A stretch of 32,000 bases of DNA from Candidatus Saccharimonadota bacterium (GTDB lineage Bacteria > Patescibacteriota > Saccharimonadia > Saccharimonadales > Saccharimonadaceae). The DNA lies in the NCBI GenBank assembly GCA_016700015.1, contig CP064995.1, forward strand, positions 570,001 to 602,000, in the 5' to 3' direction. Shown one piece after another: positions 17,875 through 25,185 of this stretch (its first letter is position 1; each line of letters starts with the position of its first letter). The notes beneath the pieces are model-generated. The model was not told the DNA's origin. It made no database searches and worked only from the letters and a program-made list of their open reading frames with translations. A program made the position numbers and the translations under genes.

Positions 17875-18051
17875 GGTAGTATCCTTTCTTTTAGAAGCGC
17901 CACGCCAAAAACCGGCCGACACATTGGTTAGTTGTCGGTCAGTTAGTGCTGAACTGACCAGGCAAGTTTTCGTTCAGGGAGCATACCCCTACCGCATGCG
18001 GAAAAACTTTAGTGTTATTAGTATAGCATATATCGTATAGCTGTGACAAAT

Positions 18052-19155
18052 CTAGCTATCGCTCTTGCGTCGATTACACTCCCTGCAGCGCATCATACAG
18101 TTTTCGGCAGTCGTTTTACCGCCTGCTACCCAGGGTGTTATGTGGTCGCCTTCCATGGCTTCAAATTCATAGTGGCCTTTGCAGTCTGGGCATATCCCAT
18201 TTTGACGCTCATAGGCAGCACGTTTCATACGTATATCAAATGCCCGCACCGATAAGTACTTTTCCTTACGCGTCAGCACATACATATATATTCCCGGCCG
18301 ACTTGTTACGTCATCGTCTTGCATGAGTTTTTTTACTTCAGCTTCAAGCGCTTGTGGGTCGAGCTGAGCATCGTGAAACTCATTGTAGAGCGGCCCCCAC
18401 GGCACGTGTTTCATTTCGCCGCGATACACGGGGAATGTCGCTCGCGCCCATTCAACAACTCGCTGAAAGTACTGCCACAGCTCATCAGCGTTTTGTTCGT
18501 GTTGATGCGTAGCCATATAGTCTGCAACTTCGCCGTTATTAATCCACGACAGTGCCGTTTCTAGGTATTCTTGTCGTATGGGCGATCCGGTTAGGAGTGC
18601 CCCGCCGTCGCTTGCCAGCAAATATGCCACGCAGTGGGTTTTGCTAAATTTCAGTTTCGCGTCACTTAGCCACGGACCGGTGTACACAGCATTGCGCAGT
18701 TCCTGATCGGTTAGTTTTTCGCCAGCAATATTGATTGTTTTGAACCACTCGAGCCGCTCTTTGTCTGTACCTTCACAGAAATAAATCATCAGTTCATAGT
18801 CAAGTATTTTCTCTTGCTCATCGTGCGTTAGATTGTGAAATCCCATGTCGTACATTCCATCTCGCACCGAAAAGTCCCCGGCAACATACTGAGCGATACT
18901 TATGGTACGCTGCTGACCGTCGAGCACTTCGTAGTTCCCGTCATCATTCACCATCCAGTACATTACGTTGAGCGGGAAACCTTTGCGCACCGTGTCGATC
19001 ACTGCGTCGCGCTGCTTGCCGGTATACACAAACTCGCGCTGGTACTTGGGCCGAATATTGAGCCTGCCGCCATAGGCAGTGACGCCTTCTTCCTGGCTAT
19101 CGGTGTAGCCATGTACGACATCGCGAATTTTTATGCGATGGAGTTCAATATTCAT
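18052..19155 (-). CDS. DUF262 (ParB/GmrS-like, DGQQR motif) - HNH endonuclease fusion protein
   Basis: 367 aa. The N-terminus IRPKYQREFVYTGKQRDAVIDTVRKGFPLNVMYW...VLDGQQRTISI is the DUF262 signature (DGQQR encoded at 18907..18921). The C-terminus CPDCKGHYEFEAMEGDHITPWVAGGKTTAENCMMRCRECNRRK is an HNH/His-Me finger with Cys pairs. The start overlaps the upstream MTase stop (ATGA). Confidence 0.85.
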   Translation of the reverse strand: MNIELHRIKIRDVVHGYTDSQEEGVTAYGGRLNIRPKYQREFVYTGKQRDAVIDTVRKGFPLNVMYWMVNDDGNYEVLDGQQRTISIAQYVAGDFSVRDGMYDMGFHNLTHDEQEKILDYELMIYFCEGTDKERLEWFKTINIAGEKLTDQELRNAVYTGPWLSDAKLKFSKTHCVAYLLASDGGALLTGSPIRQEYLETALSWINNGEVADYMATHQHEQNADELWQYFQRVVEWARATFPVYRGEMKHVPWGPLYNEFHDAQLDPQALEAEVKKLMQDDDVTSRPGIYMYVLTRKEKYLSVRAFDIRMKRAAYERQNGICPDCKGHYEFEAMEGDHITPWVAGGKTTAENCMMRCRECNRRKSDS

Positions 19156-20201
19156 ACGCTAGCTCCTTCTTTTTTCTTTATGAGAATTCTTGCATAGGGG
19201 TCTTTTTTACCGACACTGTGCAGCGACAATTGCCTGGGCTTTGGTAGCCCCTGTTCTGTGACCGCAAAAAAGTGCGGGTTAATATCTATAATCTCATATT
19301 GCGCTGGATTATACTTATCCAAAAACGTAATCGGCACTCCCATGACACCGCTATAGTCTCCGGGTACGTCTGCGACGACGTCGACATTAATCGCTTCGTA
19401 GTTGTCGTACGCTGGATACTCGTCGGGTGTGTATTTTTTATAGGTTGCAAATACTTCATGTCGCTTGGTGGTATCTAGGTTTGTGAACCAACAAGCCATA
19501 ATATGTTTTAGCTTAACACCATCAACAATCTTTTCGTACTTCTCGCCCTCTGGCACAGCCAGCCACATATCACTGTTGATATTACGATACCCGAGCCACA
19601 GCTTGTTTTCTTTGATTAGTTTGAAAACCTCTTTGTAGGTAATGGCATTTTTGTTACCGATGATTATGAACTTTTTATTGTGTTCGGCGAGCTGTGCTAT
19701 GTATTCACGAAACAGCGAAAACGGCGGATTTGTTACCACTATGTCGGCTTGTTTTAGCAGGTCTACGCATTCGTCACTGCGGAAATCCCCGTTGCCGCCG
19801 AGCGGCGACGCGACATTGGCGTCGTGTTTGAGCAGCCACTCCACATCGCCCATCCCTACCGCTCCGTCACCGTTTACATCGGGCACTTCATTGATTTCAA
19901 TCTTAAACGGTGCTTTGTTGCTCGGCTCCAAGCCAATAATCTGCGGCAGTGGCAGTTGCATACCGGCAATTGGTGACTTGGTGTAGCTCGTGGTAATAAG
20001 CTTCTTCAGCCCTAGGTGGTTGAAGTTGCTGGCAAAGTATTTGAAAAAGTTGCTTTCAAACGGGTCGTCGCAGTTGCAGTATACCACCTTGCCACGAAAC
20101 TGCTCTTTATAGTGCCGCAGCTCATCCTCAATATCTTTGAGCTGTGTATAGAATTCGTCGTTCTTTTCCCGCTTAGCGCTCCCCAGTATTATGTTTGGCA
20201 T
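19152..20201 (-). CDS. N6-adenine DNA methyltransferase, M.EcoRI family (paralogue 2)
   Basis: 349 aa with DEFYTQLKDIEDELRHYKEQFRGKVVYCNCDDPFESNFFKYFASNF, GDFRSDEC, DIVVTNPPFSLFREY (NPPF motif IV), GVMGVPITFLDKYNPAQYEI and PYARILIKKK. It is colinear with M.EcoRI as I remember it. Confidence 0.87.
   Translation of the reverse strand: MPNIILGSAKREKNDEFYTQLKDIEDELRHYKEQFRGKVVYCNCDDPFESNFFKYFASNFNHLGLKKLITTSYTKSPIAGMQLPLPQIIGLEPSNKAPFKIEINEVPDVNGDGAVGMGDVEWLLKHDANVASPLGGNGDFRSDECVDLLKQADIVVTNPPFSLFREYIAQLAEHNKKFIIIGNKNAITYKEVFKLIKENKLWLGYRNINSDMWLAVPEGEKYEKIVDGVKLKHIMACWFTNLDTTKRHEVFATYKKYTPDEYPAYDNYEAINVDVVADVPGDYSGVMGVPITFLDKYNPAQYEIIDINPHFFAVTEQGLPKPRQLSLHSVGKKDPYARILIKKKEGASV
19632..20162. 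repeat. Direct repeat copy A (5' catalytic half of MTase paralogue 2)
   Basis: By eye, roughly four in five bases align with 20708..21238 at an offset of 1076 nt. Examples are atgtcggcttgttttagcag and aataatctgcggcag, present in both. The boundaries are approximate. Confidence 0.7.
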
Positions 20202-21277
20202 TAGCTTAAACGCCTCGTTCTTATGACTACGCGGTGATAAAGGCGTGTGTAGGTGCCATCAGTATTTTTCAAATAAAAACTAGGCCCACCCTGCTGATAC
20301 ATCCCCTTTTCTGCAATTTCCGACATCGGTTTTCCAAGTGTAATGCTTGAACCTACAATCTCAAATTGTGCAGGATTATGCTTGTCGAGAAACGTGATTG
20401 GTACGCCCATTTTGCCATCATAATCCATGGGGATATCAGCTGCCTTTGATACCTCTATCGCATCGTAATTGAAGTATGCAGGATATTCACTCGCGGAATA
20501 TTTCTTATACAAATTCATTATGTCTTTATGTTTCGCAACATCAAGTGATGTGAACCAACACGATGTTGAAACCCGGGCAATTTTCCGACCACTTGCGTCA
20601 ATATGGTGGTACTGTTCCCAATCGCTCGGTACTACAAAGAACATTCCGACGTTGAAGTTTGTGTAACCCGTACGGACTTTATCATCTTTAAACAGTTGAA
20701 AAACCTCTTTATACGTAAGTGCATTCGTGTTTCCGATTATCAAAAAATCTTTTTTGTGCTCTACAAGCAAATTCAAAAACTCACGAAACAGCGAAAACGG
20801 TGGATTAGTCACCACTATGTCGGCTTGTTTTAGCAGTTCTACGCACTCATCGCTCCTAAAGTCGCCGTTGCCAGCTAGCGGCGAGGCGGTGTTTTTGTTG
20901 TGCCGTAGCAGATACTCCACGTCGGTAATTCCCACTGCTCCATCGCCATCAACATCTGGCACTTCGTTGATCTCGATTTTAAACGGTTCTTTGCCAGTGG
21001 GTTGCAGCCCAATAATCTGCGGCAGCGGTAGCTGCATACCCGCCACTGGCGACTTGCTATAGCTGGTGGCAATGAGCTTTTTTAGCCCTAGGTGATTAAA
21101 GTTGCTCGCAAAGTATTTGAAAAAGTTACTTTCAAACGGGTCGTCGCAGTTACATAGCACTACTTTGCCGCGAAACTGCTCTTTGTAGTGCCGCAGCTCC
21201 TTTTCAATATCAACAAGCTGCGTATAAAACTCATCTTTCTTCTGCTGCTTCGCAACCTGCAAGTTTATTTGTGCCAT
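20201..21277 (-). CDS. N6-adenine DNA methyltransferase, M.EcoRI family (paralogue 1)
   Basis: 358 aa. The N-terminal catalytic half is nearly identical to paralogue 2, including DIVVTNPPFSLFREF. The C-terminal half diverges. Its stop shares one nt with the paralogue 2 start (TAATG). Confidence 0.87.
   Translation of the reverse strand: MAQINLQVAKQQKKDEFYTQLVDIEKELRHYKEQFRGKVVLCNCDDPFESNFFKYFASNFNHLGLKKLIATSYSKSPVAGMQLPLPQIIGLQPTGKEPFKIEINEVPDVDGDGAVGITDVEYLLRHNKNTASPLAGNGDFRSDECVELLKQADIVVTNPPFSLFREFLNLLVEHKKDFLIIGNTNALTYKEVFQLFKDDKVRTGYTNFNVGMFFVVPSDWEQYHHIDASGRKIARVSTSCWFTSLDVAKHKDIMNLYKKYSASEYPAYFNYDAIEVSKAADIPMDYDGKMGVPITFLDKHNPAQFEIVGSSITLGKPMSEIAEKGMYQQGGPSFYLKNTDGTYTRLYHRVVIRTRRLS
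20708..21238. repeat. Direct repeat copy B (5' catalytic half of MTase paralogue 1)
   Basis: Partner of 19632..20162. The mirrored antisense track ORFs (19642..19986 and 20727..21062) have near-identical translations and confirm the duplication. Confidence 0.7.
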
Positions 21278-21314
21278 CTATTCAAGTATAGCGCACCTAG
21301 ACTTGTCGGCTCAA

Positions 21315-21617
21315 CTAATCGACAACTTGTATGCCATTCCAAAACGCTACGTAGTTACTAAAGTCATTTCGAACTTTTTCTATCGATCCGTCTTTTGGCT
21401 GTGGGTAGTACCATGAGCCAAATTCATTTCGCTTGCCGTCAACTACCACGTCGTAGTAGCTAGCTTCGCCTTTCCAAAAACACGTGGTATGGTGGTCGCT
21501 ATCTTGAAAGAACTCGCGTTTCAGACTACTAGGTGGGAAATACCAGTTACCCTCAATCCGAATTAGTTCTTCTTTCGCCGCTTCTGCGACAACTTCATTA
21601 TTCCAAATTGCTTTCAT
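21315..21617 (-). CDS. DUF427 domain protein
   Basis: The start is set at ATG 21617, preceded by AAGGTGGAG. MKAIWNNEVVAEA...IRIEGNWYFPPSSL...TTCFWKGEASYYDVVVDG...WYYPQP...VAFWNGIQV matches the DUF427 pattern. The track ORF extends to 21686. Confidence 0.78.
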   Translation of the reverse strand: MKAIWNNEVVAEAAKEELIRIEGNWYFPPSSLKREFFQDSDHHTTCFWKGEASYYDVVVDGKRNEFGSWYYPQPKDGSIEKVRNDFSNYVAFWNGIQVVD

Positions 21618-21785
21618 ATCTCCACCTTTCTTAGTTAAGTCGTATTTGCTAACTCTACTCCCAGTATATCGCAGTGGGCAGTCCACCCTCGCCTATCCAA
21701 TATTTCCTAAATTTTTAACCACGCTACCAGCTGCTTATGCTATTGCATTTTATTTGATTTATGCTTAAAAATGTGCTACGATGAA

Positions 21786-21823
21786 AAATATTTTGTATTC
21801 GCATTAGCGAATACAAAATATTT
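21786..21823. terminator. Perfect 17-bp AT-rich hairpin (terminator or operator)
   Basis: AAATATTTTGTATTCGC (21786..21802), loop atta, GCGAATACAAAATATTT (21807..21823). It lies downstream of the 21955..22398 gene and has T-rich flanks on both strands. Confidence 0.5.
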
Positions 21824-21954
21824 CACCCGTTGTAAAAAAAGCTACTTTTATAGAGGTGGTCAAAGTACCAGGTATTGACTATTAGACCATAATTCTGTAT
21901 CATAACAAATAGACATAGCCATGCCATGTCTCCAGAATCTCCGGCGAGTAGTTT

Positions 21955-22398
21955 CTAGGCTACACTGCAGGAGATTTTTTTTGTTGTCGTTTTTTTAGCA
22001 AATACAGACATGAAATCTTTGCGACCAGTACGCTTGTCTTCTTTTACCTGTACGCAAAATTCCAGACCCTCCGCCGATACGCCATAAAATCGATGAAGGA
22101 GTGTATGTTTATCGGCTTCGCTAAATATCGTATCAGGAGCCAAGGTGGTGTTACGCATCAAGTCTATCGCCGCATTATAAAATTTTAGCCGCTTACGGCG
22201 TTCTTTAGGGTGTTTTTGCATCAAATGATCCCAAAACACCGTGACAAATATCTTATCACCCCGAAAATATTTCGATCTAACATAGGGTTGACGCTTCGTC
22301 AGTTTACGAATCGTGTTGTATTCTTTACGCGCACTCGCTACCACTTCGCTGTATGATGATCCTTTTAGTAGTGTTTGTTTCGAGCGGTAGACAGTCAT
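21955..22398 (-). CDS. Hypothetical, strongly basic 147-aa protein (possible nuclease/toxin-like partner of the upstream HTH gene)
   Basis: Clear ORF with an SD-like GAGGGGG upstream, 5 nt after the HTH gene stop. It is rich in K/R (KHPKERRKRLKF, KKTTTKKIS) and has conserved-looking blocks RQPYVRSKYFRGDKIFVTVFWDHLMQKH and FCVQVKEDKRTGRKDFMSVF. I cannot name the family with confidence. Confidence 0.65.
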   Translation of the reverse strand: MTVYRSKQTLLKGSSYSEVVASARKEYNTIRKLTKRQPYVRSKYFRGDKIFVTVFWDHLMQKHPKERRKRLKFYNAAIDLMRNTTLAPDTIFSEADKHTLLHRFYGVSAEGLEFCVQVKEDKRTGRKDFMSVFAKKTTTKKISCSVA

Positions 22399-22403
22399 GA
22401 CAT

Positions 22404-22946
22404 CTAGCCCCCTCGTCCAATCGAACCAAGTAAAAATCCATCTACCGCTTCGTATTTAATGCGCAAATAACTTTCTTTCACCGTTTCGCCATCGGCAATT
22501 TGTGAAGTCGATACGTTTTTCAGGTGGATAAAACTCGGTGTGCCGACTTCGTCGCGGCCTTCAAGGTCATTAAAATATTTATCTGCGAATTCTTTAAATG
22601 CATTGTCCTTCTCTGCAAATGGCATATTGTTCAACAGGTCGTTTCTAAACCGACCAATGTATTCTTTTCGTCCTATCAGTTCACCCTGAATAAAGGCACC
22701 GTTCGAAACAAGCGTTACACTTGCAGATGAGTTTGGGCCTGCGGCTTCAATCATACTAAGCAAAAAGCCCAAGGTGCCATTTTCTGCGCCACTTCCCACA
22801 ATTATTTCGCTGTGGGGCACAAACCAAGCCTTTCCCTGTTTAATCGCCCCGCGAATTCGCCCATCCTGACACTGCTTTTTAAGCGCTTCGACTTCCTTGC
22901 CAGAAATCTCACTAGCCTGCTTTAGAGTTATATAGCCTTTTATCAT
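22404..22946 (-). CDS. HTH (excisionase/MerR-like) DNA-binding domain fused to a GvpU-like domain
   Basis: 180 aa. The N-terminus ITLKQASEISGKEVEALKKQCQDGRIRGAIKQGKAWFVPHSEI is an HTH_17-like fold. The C-terminus VTLVSNGAFIQGELIGRKEYIGRF...PSFIHLKNV...YEAVDGFLLGSI resembles Bacillus megaterium GvpU as I recall it (ISLNVNGAVISG..SAKEYF, FIHLKN, VDGFFLG). Confidence 0.6.
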   Translation of the reverse strand: MIKGYITLKQASEISGKEVEALKKQCQDGRIRGAIKQGKAWFVPHSEIIVGSGAENGTLGFLLSMIEAAGPNSSASVTLVSNGAFIQGELIGRKEYIGRFRNDLLNNMPFAEKDNAFKEFADKYFNDLEGRDEVGTPSFIHLKNVSTSQIADGETVKESYLRIKYEAVDGFLLGSIGRGG

Positions 22947-22952
22947 ATGCTT

Positions 22953-22981
22953 ATTATAATTCCCGATACCGGGAAATACAA
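22953..22981 (-). promoter_or_regulatory. Promoter with an embedded palindromic operator for the HTH module
   Basis: The minus strand reads TTGTAT (22981..22976), a 17-nt spacer and TATAAT (22958..22953). Six nt (aagcat) then precede ATG 22946. The spacer contains the palindrome TTCCCG-gtat-CGGGAA (22960..22975). Confidence 0.5.
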
Positions 22982-23011
22982 GAGTTTTGGTTACGCTGCG
23001 GCCTTTTCGAG

Positions 23012-23764
23012 TTAGGACTGATTGTGGCGACTTTTTGCCATTAGATCCGCGACATACTGGTTGAACGCTGCCTCTTCTGCTATACCCCTACTATTCCAAT
23101 AGGAGAACTCGTCTCTTACACTACGGCTTTTTTGTGAAGATATGTAGAATTTTGCAGCTAGTACCAGTAGCGCAAGTCCGGTTATAAACCCATAGAGGAG
23201 TATGGGCATCTTTACCACGGGGTACAGCGCCACCGAAGTGACGGCGAAGAAACACCATAATGCAATATCGTCACGGTGCTCGATTCCAATACCCTCCTGT
23301 CGTGGCAGCGAGTTGACCACAGCCTCAGCAACCTTTCTTGATTCAACATTGTATTCTAGGAAGTGTTTTTCGTTTTTTTCTAGTAGCGCTTTTGAAAGCA
23401 TATTTCTTAGCCGAAGTGCGTCGTACCTTTCTTGAATGCCACTTAGGAGTGACAGGTGCGCCGTATATGTCGTTTGCTTACTCATGTACACAAGCAAGTA
23501 CGAAGCGGTCAACAAATAGCCGATTGATGCGAATGTGAGGCAGTACTGTGCATCCACCCCTAGGTTCTGATTGGAGAGGAGAATCGGCACCAATGCCGCT
23601 CCTAGCGCTAGAGACAGTGTAAGAATAAGTGACATGTAGTTGAAGCTAAGGATTTGTGAGTGCTTGGTCACCTCACCTCTCTGGGCGTTGTTTGTATCGA
23701 GTAGTTTGGCGAGAGCGTCCCTCTGCCGCTTTATTGTCTCTAGACTTGAATCAGGAAGGGTCAT
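23012..23764 (-). CDS. Hypothetical 4-TM membrane protein
   Basis: 250 aa with two TM pairs flanking a helical cytoplasmic segment of about 70 aa. The ATG lies 2 nt after the glyQS stop. Confidence 0.65.
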   Translation of the reverse strand: MTLPDSSLETIKRQRDALAKLLDTNNAQRGEVTKHSQILSFNYMSLILTLSLALGAALVPILLSNQNLGVDAQYCLTFASIGYLLTASYLLVYMSKQTTYTAHLSLLSGIQERYDALRLRNMLSKALLEKNEKHFLEYNVESRKVAEAVVNSLPRQEGIGIEHRDDIALWCFFAVTSVALYPVVKMPILLYGFITGLALLVLAAKFYISSQKSRSVRDEFSYWNSRGIAEEAAFNQYVADLMAKSRHNQS

Positions 23765-23766
23765 AG

Positions 23767-25056
23767 TTAGAAAAAATCTGAAGTTGCTATCCGTTTTTGT
23801 TCCGTCGTGTCTCGATCTCGCACTGTCACCGTGCCGTCTTCAAGCGTTTGAAAATCAATCACCACGCAGTGCGGCGTTCCAATTTCGTCTTGGCGGCGGT
23901 AGCGTTTGCCTATATTACCGTTATCGTCCCACATGACGGCGCCATATTTTTTCTTCAAAGCGTCGTATACTTCACGGGCTTTTGCGACAAGTTCTGGCCT
24001 GTTTTTGAGCAGCGGACTCACACAGTATTTGACTGGTGCCAGGTGCTCCGGCAGTGCCAAATACGTGCGCTTTTCGCCGTTTTGTTCGTCAACTCGGTAG
24101 GCGCTTACTAGTACTGCCATCACGGCGCGCTCTACACCAAAACTTGGTTCGATGACGTGTGGTACAAATTTCTCGTTTGTGCCCTTCACCACATATTCCA
24201 TGCTCTTGCCGCTGACTCGCTGGATATTGCCGAGGTCAAAGTCGGTGCGATACGCCAGGCCCATTAGTTCTTCGCGGCCTATGGGAAAGTCAAATTCAAA
24301 GTCGATCGTGCGCTTGCTGTAGTGCGCACGGTCTTCTTCAGGCACTTCCAGCTCATGTACTTTTTCTTCAGGTAGCCCTAGCGCCGCGAACCACTGCTTA
24401 CAGGCTGCTACCCACTTGTCGAACTCGGCTTCCCACGCTTCAGGTGCAATAAAATACTCTATTTCCATCTGCTCAAATTCACGTGCACGAAACACAAAAT
24501 CACGCGGACTGATTTCGTTGCGAAACGCCTTGCCCTGCTGCGCAATCCCAAACGGCAAGTCGGGGTAAAAACTATCGACGACATTGCGAAAATTGGTAAA
24601 TATCCCCTGTGCGGTTTCGGGTCTTAGGTAACTAATCGACGCCTCGTCGTCAACCGGCCCGACGTTGGTTTTGAACATCATATTAAACGCCCGCGCCTCA
24701 CCGAATGTGCCCTCTTTGCCACACGTCGGGCATTTGTTTGGGTCATCGAGTTTGTCGGCGCGGAAGCGACCTTTGCACTCGCGGCATTCGACGAGCGGAT
24801 CAGTAAACGTATCGACATGCCCACTGGCCTGCCAGACTTTTTGGTTCATCAGTATCGCCGCATCGACACCGTACATATCGTCGCGTTCTTCGACAAACAT
24901 TTTCCACCATAGGTTCATAATGTTGCGCTTGAGCGCTACACCAAGTGGGCCATAGTCCCACGTACCGCTGAGTCCCCCGTATACATCGCTCCCCTGGTAA
25001 ATAAACCCACGGCGCTTGGCTAGGCTCACGATTTCGTCTAGTTTTACGTCTTGCAT
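23767..25056 (-). CDS. glyQS: Glycine--tRNA ligase (dimeric GlyQS type, class II)
   Basis: The start is set at ATG 25056, preceded by AAGGAG (the track ORF extends to 25131). MQDVKLDEIVSLAKRRGFIYQGSDVYGGLSGTWDYGPLG, YLRPETAQG, FRNEISPR and EPSFGVERA are typical GlyRS motifs. Confidence 0.93.
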   Translation of the reverse strand: MQDVKLDEIVSLAKRRGFIYQGSDVYGGLSGTWDYGPLGVALKRNIMNLWWKMFVEERDDMYGVDAAILMNQKVWQASGHVDTFTDPLVECRECKGRFRADKLDDPNKCPTCGKEGTFGEARAFNMMFKTNVGPVDDEASISYLRPETAQGIFTNFRNVVDSFYPDLPFGIAQQGKAFRNEISPRDFVFRAREFEQMEIEYFIAPEAWEAEFDKWVAACKQWFAALGLPEEKVHELEVPEEDRAHYSKRTIDFEFDFPIGREELMGLAYRTDFDLGNIQRVSGKSMEYVVKGTNEKFVPHVIEPSFGVERAVMAVLVSAYRVDEQNGEKRTYLALPEHLAPVKYCVSPLLKNRPELVAKAREVYDALKKKYGAVMWDDNGNIGKRYRRQDEIGTPHCVVIDFQTLEDGTVTVRDRDTTEQKRIATSDFF

Positions 25057-25113
25057 TGTCGATTTCTCCTTGTCTTTCGTGTTGGCAACACGTGACTCAT
25101 TAGTTTGTCTTCC

Positions 25114-25122
25114 ATTATACCA
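25114..25122 (-). promoter_or_regulatory. Extended -10 element (TGGTATAAT) upstream of glyQS
   Basis: The minus strand reads tcTGGTATAATgg about 58 nt upstream of the glyQS ATG. Confidence 0.4.
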
Positions 25123-25130
25123 GACCCCCA

Positions 25131-25160
25131 TTGACCCTTGGTGTATTAGTGCAGTATAGT
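25131..25160 (+). promoter_or_regulatory. Candidate promoter TTGACC-N18-TATAGT for the plus-strand gene
   Basis: TTGACC at 25131..25136 and TATAGT at 25155..25160. The 14-bp palindrome TAGTATGCATACTA (25157..25170) overlaps the -10. Confidence 0.4.
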
Positions 25161-25185
25161 ATGCATACTACTGTATTGGAGGACT

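Noticed and set aside
19642-21062. Long plus-strand ORFs (114 aa and 111 aa) with similar translations inside the methyltransferase genes
   Set aside because: They are antisense shadows of the duplicated MTase coding sequence. Their similarity simply mirrors the gene duplication.
11035-23764. A complete Kiwa system formed by the KwaB-like protein (11035..12033) and the 4-TM protein (23012..23764)
   Set aside because: The two genes are about 11 kb apart, separated by many unrelated transcription units. Kiwa genes are adjacent and co-transcribed.
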